From the NCBI GenBank assembly GCA_963674755.2, contig CAXXVS010000002.1:2272001-2336000 (forward strand): 64,000 nt of DNA, read 5' to 3'. Below, piece by piece: positions 9,549 to 17,898 of the stretch. Every line of letters begins with the position of its first letter. Position 1 is the stretch's first letter. The translations under genes were made by a program, and so were the position numbers. The notes under the pieces are model-generated. The model made no database searches, was not told the DNA's origin, and saw only the letters and a program-made list of their open reading frames with translations. The stretch is from Desulfobacterales bacterium (GTDB lineage Bacteria; Desulfobacterota; Desulfobacteria; Desulfobacterales; UBA5852).

Positions 9549-11525
9549 TCAGGCGGCGTGCGCCGTATCAACCGTCGACACCAGGCCGGCCAGCTTCTCC
9601 TCCCGAAGGACATGGTCGATATCCAGCAGCATGCAAATGCCGTCTTTGGCCTTGGCCATGGCCGGAATGTGCCGCGTATCGATCCGGGCGCCAAACCGCG
9701 GGGTGGGATCGATCTGGGCGGACCGGATGGTCAGCACCTCGGACACGGAATCCACCGCCACACCCACCATCAATCCTTCCCCGCCCTGGCCGCATTCCAA
9801 AACCACGATGCAGCTGCGGTCCCCGGAGGCTGCTTCCCCCAGGCCGAATTTGAGGCGCAGATCCACCACCGGAAGGGTGCGTCCCCGGAGGCTGACCACC
9901 CCGCGCACATGGGGCGGGGCCTGGGGCAGGCTGCGGATGGGCAACATGCCGATGATCTCCCGGATGCGCAGGATGTCGATGCCGTAAAGCTGGCCGTCCA
10001 GACTCAAGGTCAAGTATTTGCCTTCCAGGTTCAGCATGGACTTGTCCTCGCCATTGGCCCGCTGGACGTGGCGTGACAAGAGATCCATCGCCGTGTCGTC
10101 GGCGATGTGCAGGTAGGCCGGCAGGTTGCCGGACACCCGGTCCTTGCAGGCCGCATCGGCAAACCGGGTATCCACGAAGACGTCCATATCCACCGGCGCA
10201 CCGATGCGCATCCGTTTGACCATGTAGTCGTTCATGGTCCGCAGGTCTGCGACCGCCGGATAGAGGTCGCCGGTCTTGATGCCTTTTTCCTCGCTCAGGA
10301 CGTTTTTGAGCACCGGCACCTTGAGCCCCAAGGTCTTGTCGGGATCCAGGAAGGCCACCCCGATTTCGGCCGCCATCTCCGGCTTTTGGGCCACGAATTT
10401 GCCCGCCTGGACCAGCATCTCGGTAAACTCGTAGACCGCCTCCGTGTGGGGGGTGATGAAATCATCCCGCATGGTGACCACACAGCAGGGGTGGTTTTCC
10501 CACAGTTCGCTGCTCAAAAACTGCAGGTCGGCCCTGCCCGAGGCAATGGCCTTGGTGCCCAGGGGCTCCGCCACCATGAACCCGGCGGCGGCGGCATTGC
10601 TCTGCATAAACGCCTGCATCTTGATGGGGGCCACCACTTCGAAATTGACATCGCTCTGCCCCTCCCCCACCATGCCCGCTTTCAGACCGACACCGCTGAA
10701 AAACAAATGGGCCAGCATGTGGTGCACGGACATCTTGTGGGGAATGAAAAAGGATCGGGTACGGAAAAAGTCGGCAAACGGTTCTGCATAGCCTTCCCGT
10801 TTGCTGCGCACAAAGGTGCTGCCGTTCTTGTGGGCCAGCAGGGTCAGCTTGATCGGGACGCCGAAACTGTATAGATCCATGGCGATGGGCGCCAGGATGA
10901 AAGCCGCATCCACGGCGCCTTTTTCCAGGGCCTCCTGGACGGGGTTCCAGCCCGGCAGACAGACTGTCTCCAGTTCGAAATGCCGGGGCTGCAGATCGCC
11001 CCTGGCGATCAGGTGCTTCAACACCCCCAGGATGATATGATCGGTAATCTGGATGTGGGCCACCCTGAGCTTGACGCGGCCGTCGACGACCTCCCGGGGG
11101 CCCACGACGCTGTCCGGGGCGCTCTTCTCCCGCGGCGCCAGTCCGAGGGCCTCGTCGATCTTGGCCTTCAATTCCGCCTCGTTGAAAGGTTTGGCCACGA
11201 AAGCGTTGACCCCGGCATCCACGGCCTTCTTCTCCTGGGCCTTGTCCCCCTGGCCGGTGGCCATAAGAAACGGGATAGGCCGGGTGGCCGCTTGGCCCTT
11301 GACCCAGCAGAGCAGTTCGTAGCCGTCCTTGTTGGGCATGTTCCAGTCGCTGATGATCAGATCGACCGACGTTCCCTCCTGCAGGATGCCAATGGCCTGA
11401 TCCCCGTCCACCGCTTCTATGATCCCCTCAAATCCAAGCTCCTTGAGGGTTTTGATTTCGATTTTCCGCATGACGGCGGTGTCTTCAACCAGCAGAATCT
11501 GGACCTGTTTGGGGTCAAACGCCAT
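9549..11525 (-). CDS. Multidomain signalling protein: receiver (REC) + NrtA/CmpA-like solute-binding domain + CheW
   Basis: LLVEDT..ISDWNMP..KPF (REC); AHIQITDH, DAAFILAP, VAEP, HPCC (NrtA/NMT1-like); YGIDILRIREI, GVVSLRG, VDSVSEV (CheW). Confidence 0.85.
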   Translation of the reverse strand: MAFDPKQVQILLVEDTAVMRKIEIKTLKELGFEGIIEAVDGDQAIGILQEGTSVDLIISDWNMPNKDGYELLCWVKGQAATRPIPFLMATGQGDKAQEKKAVDAGVNAFVAKPFNEAELKAKIDEALGLAPREKSAPDSVVGPREVVDGRVKLRVAHIQITDHIILGVLKHLIARGDLQPRHFELETVCLPGWNPVQEALEKGAVDAAFILAPIAMDLYSFGVPIKLTLLAHKNGSTFVRSKREGYAEPFADFFRTRSFFIPHKMSVHHMLAHLFFSGVGLKAGMVGEGQSDVNFEVVAPIKMQAFMQSNAAAAGFMVAEPLGTKAIASGRADLQFLSSELWENHPCCVVTMRDDFITPHTEAVYEFTEMLVQAGKFVAQKPEMAAEIGVAFLDPDKTLGLKVPVLKNVLSEEKGIKTGDLYPAVADLRTMNDYMVKRMRIGAPVDMDVFVDTRFADAACKDRVSGNLPAYLHIADDTAMDLLSRHVQRANGEDKSMLNLEGKYLTLSLDGQLYGIDILRIREIIGMLPIRSLPQAPPHVRGVVSLRGRTLPVVDLRLKFGLGEAASGDRSCIVVLECGQGGEGLMVGVAVDSVSEVLTIRSAQIDPTPRFGARIDTRHIPAMAKAKDGICMLLDIDHVLREEKLAGLVSTVDTAHAA

Positions 11526-11848
11526 TCAGTTACCTCGGATGGAAGTGGGTTAATTCAGAAGACCGTATACAACCCGACAAGCCGTTGTAATGGATTCCTG
11601 CGGCCAACTTAGCCGCATATGCGGTTTGAACGGAGCCCGCCGATCGAACCGCCTTAAGCGGTATAACTCCTTATCGGTCTTCGGGTTCGCAACTTTAACG
11701 CAAATGACCCACCGCAAGGCGGGCAATCTTTATCCAATTTTTACATATGCCAGGAGAAATCGTGATTATAGTGTCGGGTGAGATGCCGTTCGACCGAAAC
11801 AAAAATAATCGAAACCGGTCGCACTGGCCCTGCTGAAGGGACGCTCTC

Positions 11849-12670
11849 ATGAACAGAACGCACACGACCATATTGGCGGGGGGGATTCTCCTGCTATGGA
11901 TGGCGCCGATCGTGATCGGCTGTTCCCGGACCGGGGAGCGCGAGGCCGGCCGAAATACCCTAGAAGAGGAGTCTGCCATGAAACCTGAAAACCGGACCTT
12001 GTCATCGACCGACGTTCTGCCGCCCATCGACGCCGCCGCCCCGCAAACCTTTGATACGGCTACTTTTGGCCTGGGGTGATTCTGGGGCGTGGACGCCCAG
12101 TTCGGGGCGCTCGAAGGGGTCATCCGGACCCGTTCCGGCTATGCCGGCGGAACCACCCCCAACCCGGATTACGGCCACATCGGCGACCACACGGAAGCCG
12201 TTCAGGTGGACTACGACCCCCAACGGATCAGCTACGCGGAGTTGCTGGAAGTCTTCTGGCAAAGCCACCGGCCCACCAGCCCTCCCTGGAAACGACAGTA
12301 CCTGAATGCCGTTTTCTACCATAATGACCGGCAGCAGGAAGAAGCGCTGGCCTCGCAAGCGGCGGTCGAGGAACAACTGGGCCGCACCGTACAGACCGAA
12401 GTGATCCCCCTGCGGTCCTTCACCCGGGCCGAGGATTACCACCAGAAATACCTGCTCAAGCGTGAAGCCGATCTGCTGCGGGACCTGACTCGGGTCTATC
12501 CCCGCCACCGGGACCTGGTGGACTCCACGGCTGCGGCCCGTCTCAACGGCTATGCCGGTGGATACGGGAGCCCGGAACAGCTCGACCGGGAAATCGACCG
12601 CCTGGGACTCAGCCCGGCCGGCAAGGAAAAGTTGGAGATGCTGGTGCACCACAAGGGGCTTTTCAATTAG
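11849..12670 (+). CDS. msrA: Peptide-methionine (S)-S-oxide reductase, selenoprotein (in-frame TGA at 12077-12079)
   Basis: TATFGLG-TGA-FWGVDAQFG matches the G-C-F-W-G active site; the two ORFs are in one frame; GYAGG, GDHTEAVQVDYDP, AEDYHQKY; alternative start at 11978. Confidence 0.9.
12082..12100 (+). promoter_or_regulatory. Candidate bacterial SECIS hairpin
   Basis: CTGGG(G)CG-TGGA-CGCCCAG stem-loop 2 nt downstream of the TGA. Confidence 0.55.
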
Positions 12671-12804
12671 GTTCCTTCCGCCGAGGGGGAGATTTCCGGA
12701 AGCCCCTTTAGCGCACGGGCTACGGCTTGACCTCGGTGGAAGGGCTGTTTTAAGTGACGGATCGAAATCGTCTGCAAAATGTGTTGAAGACTGGAGCAAC
12801 GCCC

Positions 12805-13332
12805 ATGGGTGAAATCAAAAGCACACTGGATCTGGTGATGGAGCGCACGCGCCATCTGTCGTTGTCCGCGGAAGAGAAAGAAGCTCAGCGCCGGGAAGAC
12901 TTTGGCAAACGGCTCCAGGGACTTTTGCAGCAATATGCGGATGGGGCCATGCCCATGGATGAACTCCGGGACCGCATGGCGGCTCTGGGAAAAGAAACCG
13001 GCGTCACCGGCAGCAGGCTCGCGGTGAAGGCCGTGCTTGATCGTATCGATCCCGACCAGGACAATAACCGATGGCTGGCCTTCCTGAAACATCTGGCACC
13101 GGGCCTCGACCGTCCCCTTGTCGCCCTGCTTGCGGCCTATAAAGAAGACCAGGCTGTCTTATTGCAGACCGGGCAGAAGCAGTTGCGGGACCGGCTATGC
13201 CGGGATCATGGCATCACCGGTGCGGCCGTCGTACCCAATCCCCGCCGGGATCCAGTTACGCAAAAACATCTCACGACCCTCAGGAATGAGACGACAGAGA
13301 GGGTCGCGCAGCTGCTGCAGGAAATGCCATAG
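12805..13332 (+). CDS. Hypothetical protein
   Basis: Host-like codon use, RBS GGAG; MGEIKSTLDLVMERT N-terminus. Confidence 0.75.
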   Translation: MGEIKSTLDLVMERTRHLSLSAEEKEAQRREDFGKRLQGLLQQYADGAMPMDELRDRMAALGKETGVTGSRLAVKAVLDRIDPDQDNNRWLAFLKHLAPGLDRPLVALLAAYKEDQAVLLQTGQKQLRDRLCRDHGITGAAVVPNPRRDPVTQKHLTTLRNETTERVAQLLQEMP

Positions 13333-13450
13333 GCGGCGGCGAAACCGTCCTTCATGCGCAGGTCGGTATGGTTTTTTAAGCATTGATGCTTTGATCGGGG
13401 CCGGGTGGAACTTCATCTCGATGTCGATCTTCCCAGCCGGGGGGGCCGTT

Positions 13451-14119
13451 CTATACGTAACCGAACCAGGTCCGCTCCACCCGTTCGAAATTCTTGCGTA
13501 CCGCCGCGGCCCCGGATATCACCCCACCGTGGCCGGATAGCAGCCAGGCCGCGTCAAGCCCGGCCATCCGTTGAATGCTTGCTTTGAGCTGACGACCGTC
13601 GCCGCCGGGCAGGTCGGTGCGCCCCAACCCGTCCTTGAAAATCAGATCCCCGCTGAAAAGGGCCTTTTCGGCCGGCCAGAGGAGGGTCACCGCACCGGGG
13701 GCGTGCCCCGGGGTGTGATAGACTTCCAGGGTGATATCGTCCACCGCCAGCTCGCCCTCCTGAAGGAAAAAATCAGGCGCCAGAGAGCTCGGATCCACAT
13801 TCATAGCAGACGGCAGGTAGGGCTCCATCTCCTCCACCAATCGCCATTCGGCTTCGTGCAGGGCGAACAGGGTCGAAGAACGATCGAAGAGGCTCATGGC
13901 TTCGATGTGGTCCGGATGGGCGTGGGTACAGATCACCAGATCGACATCGTCTGCCGTCAAACCCAGCCCAACGAGTCCCTGCCGGACATGATCGAAATAG
14001 GCCGCGTGCCCCGGATCGATCAAAATCGTCTTCTGGGGCGAACGGATCAGGTAGGTATTGCAGTTGTTGGCATGGGGGGATGTCCACAAAAAAGCATGCA
14101 GATGCGGGGTGAGTTCCAT
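13451..14119 (-). CDS. MBL-fold metallo-hydrolase
   Basis: THAHPDH, HTPGH, FSGD, GRTDLPGG, GHG. Confidence 0.92.
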   Translation of the reverse strand: MELTPHLHAFLWTSPHANNCNTYLIRSPQKTILIDPGHAAYFDHVRQGLVGLGLTADDVDLVICTHAHPDHIEAMSLFDRSSTLFALHEAEWRLVEEMEPYLPSAMNVDPSSLAPDFFLQEGELAVDDITLEVYHTPGHAPGAVTLLWPAEKALFSGDLIFKDGLGRTDLPGGDGRQLKASIQRMAGLDAAWLLSGHGGVISGAAAVRKNFERVERTWFGYV

Positions 14120-14325
14120 TCAGTGATTCCTTCGCTGTTAATGAGGTTTACGATGACACTCTGCCAATCGAAATCATGGCGATGTCATCTGTCAAATCGC
14201 AGCAGCCCAGATGTGCGAATACATCACCAATGATGGACTGTAAAAAATCCTTGCAGCAGCCTCGTTTGGATTCCCCGTGCGATATCATCACTGTTGATAT
14301 CCATATATCAGCAATTTTGAAAGTG

Positions 14326-14519
14326 TTAGGACAGCACCCGGTATACAGGTATCGGCCGGGCAATGGTTTTGATCCGATGCCCGTCAAGATCATTTATGAC
14401 GGCACGGCAGGCTTTGAGCGTGCAGACGCCGCTTCATCATTACCCGTGAGTCGGTTAAAACCGTTGACGTCTGCGCTGAGAACAGCGGTGAGCTTACGCT
14501 TAAAACCTCCATCGGCCAT
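14326..14519 (-). pseudogene. Collapsed remnant of a class III adenylate/guanylate cyclase gene
   Basis: MADGGFKRKLTAVLSADVNGFNRLTGNDEAA (cyclase start) followed shortly by GHRIKTIARPIPVYRVL (cyclase-domain end). Confidence 0.65.
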
Positions 14520-14590
14520 GGTCTGCCCCCATGGTTAAGGTTTCAAACTGAAGCCCTAAGTGGTTGGATCAATCATCAAATCGATATGAT

Positions 14591-15121
14591 CTAGTCCATC
14601 ATTTTGGGGTCAGATTTTTTCGACCGGTCAAATTCGGGGAACAGATCCTCTTTGCGGAATTCGCGCAGCAGCATGTTGACGATCCACCACCTTTGGCCAT
14701 CATTGTAGAGTCGCATTTCTATGGTACCGCGTCGGAATGGTTTCTGGTCGTCTTGCTCAAGACAACCTTCATAGACGCTAACCGCCCTGGCAAGGTTGCC
14801 GGACATTTCCGTTCGCCGGATTGTTTCCCGCCAGTAGCGCTCCTTTTGATAGGAAGAAGCCGCCATGGAGGCCATGAACTCCTTTACCTCCAGGAGAGCC
14901 GACAAATAGCTTCCTTCTTCCGATACATCGGCTCTCATGATGCGGGCACCGGGAAGGAATAAGGCCAGCATCTGATCCCCATTGCCTTCACATTCCTCAG
15001 GCGCGCACACGCTGTCATACAATGTCTCAATGACCGTATCGATATATTTTCCCGGAACACTCAATATTCTATGCCTCCACTCGGTTGATGGTCTTGCATG
15101 GTACGGCCCTTGCTCATACAT
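14591..15121 (-). CDS. Hypothetical protein, NTF2-like fold
   Basis: IDTVIETLYDSV...LFLPGARI...GNLA...SVYE...RG...DGQRWWIV pattern; start uncertain. Confidence 0.6.
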   Translation of the reverse strand: MYEQGPYHARPSTEWRHRILSVPGKYIDTVIETLYDSVCAPEECEGNGDQMLALFLPGARIMRADVSEEGSYLSALLEVKEFMASMAASSYQKERYWRETIRRTEMSGNLARAVSVYEGCLEQDDQKPFRRGTIEMRLYNDGQRWWIVNMLLREFRKEDLFPEFDRSKKSDPKMMD

Positions 15122-15445
15122 ATTGCGTACCAGCCAGGCCGCGCGGTCTCTTAAGATTCATAACCTATCGATATGATAGTCGATTTTCAAAAAAGTCGGA
15201 TTGGCGCGTTCGCATCGAGTGACAAGCTTGTTTACGATTGCGGTGGTTAACCGCAAACGGCGTAGACAGCCATTGGAACGTTAAATTCAGCCGTCCCACC
15301 CCGCAAAACCGCATATCGCTTGGATTCCGTCGAGGACAGCATCCCCTGCAACTCCCGCCAAAATGCAAAAACGGTCGCTTGGAACCCAAACAATGTGATA
15401 CTGACAATGCCATATCGTATGTGATCATTTACGAAAAAGAGCACA

Positions 15446-15616
15446 ATGCGCGCGCCGGTCCTTTTTCACATCGACGGTACCCTGATCCGCGACGGGGGCG
15501 CCTCCGCCAGCGCCTTTGAGTTAGCCTTGCGCGACCTGTTCGGGGTGGTGGCAGCGTCGTCGGCCCCGGTGGACAAACACGGCCGGTTCAAACGCCTCCT
15601 GGCCCTGGCCGACTGA
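15446..15616 (+). pseudogene. HAD-family hydrolase remnant (56 aa)
   Basis: MRAPVLFHIDGTLIRDGGASASAFELALRDLFG; the first Asp of DxDGT is replaced by His and most of the domain is absent. Confidence 0.6.
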
Positions 15617-15629
15617 TGGGAGCCCCGCC

Positions 15630-16460
15630 ATGACCCTTACGGAAGACATGCCCGGCAAAGGATTCTTTATTTCCATCGAAGTCGTGCCGCCAGCCGGACC
15701 GGACGCCGGGCCCCTGCTCAAGTCCCTGGCGTCCCTGGCCGACCTTCCGGTGAACGCCTTCAGTGTGGCCACCAATCCCGTGGCCAAGCCCCGCATGAGC
15801 GCCATGGCCCTGTGCGCCCTTATCCAAAAGCGCACCGGACGGGCCGCCATCCTGCATTGCACCACCCGGGACCATAACCGCCTGAGCCTGCAGGGTCTCC
15901 TGTGGGGCGCCCAAGCCCTGGGCATCGCCACGGTGCTGGTGACCACCGGAGATTTCGTGGCCTTGCAGGACCGCGCCACGACCTCCGACGTGCGGGACAT
16001 CCACCTTTTCAGCCTGCTAACCATGGCCAGGGAGGCGGGCCTGCGGGTGGGGGTGGTCCTCGACCCCCGCCCCGCACCGGGCGGCCTGGCCCGCGCCGTG
16101 AAGCGGCTGGCCCGCAAGGCCGATGCCGGCGCCCAGTTCGTGGTCACCCAGCCGGTCTACGATGCATCCCTGGCCGACGCCCTGGCCGAAGCGACACACC
16201 GCATCGCGATCCCGCTCATCATGGGCCTCCTGCCCCTGCGCACCCCACGCCACGCCGATTTCCTGCACAACAGGGTGGCCGGCATTACGGTACCCCGGCC
16301 CCTGCGGGAGCGCATGCACCAAGCCCACGACCCCATTGCCGAGGGCATCGCCATCGCCCGGGAAAACCTGACCCTGGCCCGGGAGCGGTTTGCCGGGGCC
16401 TGCATCATGCCGCCCTTCGATCACTATGAAATCCTGCCGGCCATCCTGACGGTTTCGTGA
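15630..16460 (+). CDS. Methylenetetrahydrofolate reductase family protein
   Basis: ISIEVVPP, HCTTRDHNRLSLQG.L.GA.ALGI, TTGD, KADAGAQFVVTQPVYD. Confidence 0.85.
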   Translation: MTLTEDMPGKGFFISIEVVPPAGPDAGPLLKSLASLADLPVNAFSVATNPVAKPRMSAMALCALIQKRTGRAAILHCTTRDHNRLSLQGLLWGAQALGIATVLVTTGDFVALQDRATTSDVRDIHLFSLLTMAREAGLRVGVVLDPRPAPGGLARAVKRLARKADAGAQFVVTQPVYDASLADALAEATHRIAIPLIMGLLPLRTPRHADFLHNRVAGITVPRPLRERMHQAHDPIAEGIAIARENLTLARERFAGACIMPPFDHYEILPAILTVS

Positions 16461-16574
16461 ATCGCTCAGCTCAATATCGGCGTTATGCGGCGCTCCTCGT
16501 CAGTGCGCTGTGCCTGGTGCATGCCTCCTTCCTCGATCTTGCACGCCTTGACCTTGAACGATGCACGAAACCGT
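16449..16574. repeat. MITE/REP-like element with 20-bp imperfect terminal inverted repeats
   Basis: acggtttcgtgaatcgctca ... tgaacgatgcacgaaaccgt (2 mismatches). Confidence 0.6.
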
Positions 16575-16722
16575 TTATAAGATCACTCCGGGATCGCATG
16601 CGAAAAGATCTTATAGCGACCAGCAGCGGAAAGATCGACGCCCCCACCGCATGTCATCCATGCCGATGAATACCAACGGACAGGATTTGAACCGCTTGAA
16701 ACGAAAAGGAGGAAGATCCGCC

Positions 16723-17061
16723 ATGCAAGCATCATCCACCGGACTGCCGGAGAACATTGCCGGACTGCTCTGCTACCTGCTGGGCTGGATCAGCGGCCTG
16801 GTGTTCTATCTCATCGAGAAGCAAAGCGATTTCGTGAAGTTTCATGCCACCCAATCTATCATCGTCTTTGGGATCCTGACCCTGGCCAGCATCGCTTCCG
16901 GGGCCGTCCCCTTCATCGGGGCCCTCCTGGCGCCGCTGCTCTCCCTGCTGGCCTTCGCCCTCTGGATCATCCTCATGATCAGGGCGTTCCAGCATCACCA
17001 TTACAAACTCCCCTGGGTCGGAGACCTGGCGGAAAAATATGCCCGCAAGGACCTGATCTAG
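16723..17061 (+). CDS. DUF4870-type small membrane protein
   Basis: STGLPENIAGLLCYLLGWISGLVF...FVKFHA.QS...KLPWVG; strong RBS AGGAGG. Confidence 0.85.
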   Translation: MQASSTGLPENIAGLLCYLLGWISGLVFYLIEKQSDFVKFHATQSIIVFGILTLASIASGAVPFIGALLAPLLSLLAFALWIILMIRAFQHHHYKLPWVGDLAEKYARKDLI

Positions 17062-17210
17062 CGCTTACCCAATACCTGACGAGTGTCCGTCCCTAGCGGA
17101 TTGAAAACGAACGCGAACGCCGGCTTGTCCGCCAAAGGTGGATGGGTCTACCGGCGGAGGGTCGGGGACCGCGAAACGCCATTGACGGATGGAGACGTTA
17201 AGGAGGCTTT

Positions 17211-17735
17211 ATGCTTTACCGTTTTGACGGCCGGCAGCCCGTGATCGGCCAGGACAGTTATGTGAGTGAAACGGCAACCCTGATCGGCGATGTCGTGGTG
17301 GGGGCCAACTGCTACATCGGCCACGGGGCGATTATCCGCGGCGACTACGGGCGGATCGAAATCGGCAGCGGCACCGCCGTGGAGGAGGGGGTGATCATCC
17401 ATTGTCCGCCGGGTGATGTCCATCGCATCGGCGAACGGGTCACCCTCGGCCATGGGGCCATCCTGCACGGGCGGGTTATCGGCGAGCTGGCCGTCATCGG
17501 CATGGGGGCCATTCTCAGCATCTGGTCCGAGGTCGGCGAAGGCGCTATCGTGGCCGAAGGCAGCGTGGTGAAGGCCAACCAAAAGGTCCCGGCCGCCAAG
17601 GTCGCCGCCGGAAATCCGGCCCGGATCGTACGGGATGTCAGCGAAAAGGACACGGAACTCTGGGCCCTCGGCAAACAGATCTATATCGACCTGGCGGCCA
17701 AATACCTGGCCCAGGGGATGACGCCGGTGGGGTGA
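17211..17735 (+). CDS. Gamma-carbonic anhydrase family hexapeptide protein (PaaY/CaiE-like)
   Basis: LIGDVVVG, IRGDYGRIEIG, TLGHGAILHG, AGNPA. Confidence 0.9.
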   Translation: MLYRFDGRQPVIGQDSYVSETATLIGDVVVGANCYIGHGAIIRGDYGRIEIGSGTAVEEGVIIHCPPGDVHRIGERVTLGHGAILHGRVIGELAVIGMGAILSIWSEVGEGAIVAEGSVVKANQKVPAAKVAAGNPARIVRDVSEKDTELWALGKQIYIDLAAKYLAQGMTPVG

Positions 17736-17898
17736 GCACAAATCCCGCCATGGAAACGGTCCGCCACGGGCGAAGGCATTGAATTGCCTTGGTTTTTATA
17801 GTACTAACATGGACATGCGCTATAAGGACAGGTGCCGCGCCGGCACCGGCAGCACCGAATACTTAGCGCCAATCCAACCGCCAAAACGGGTGAATGCC

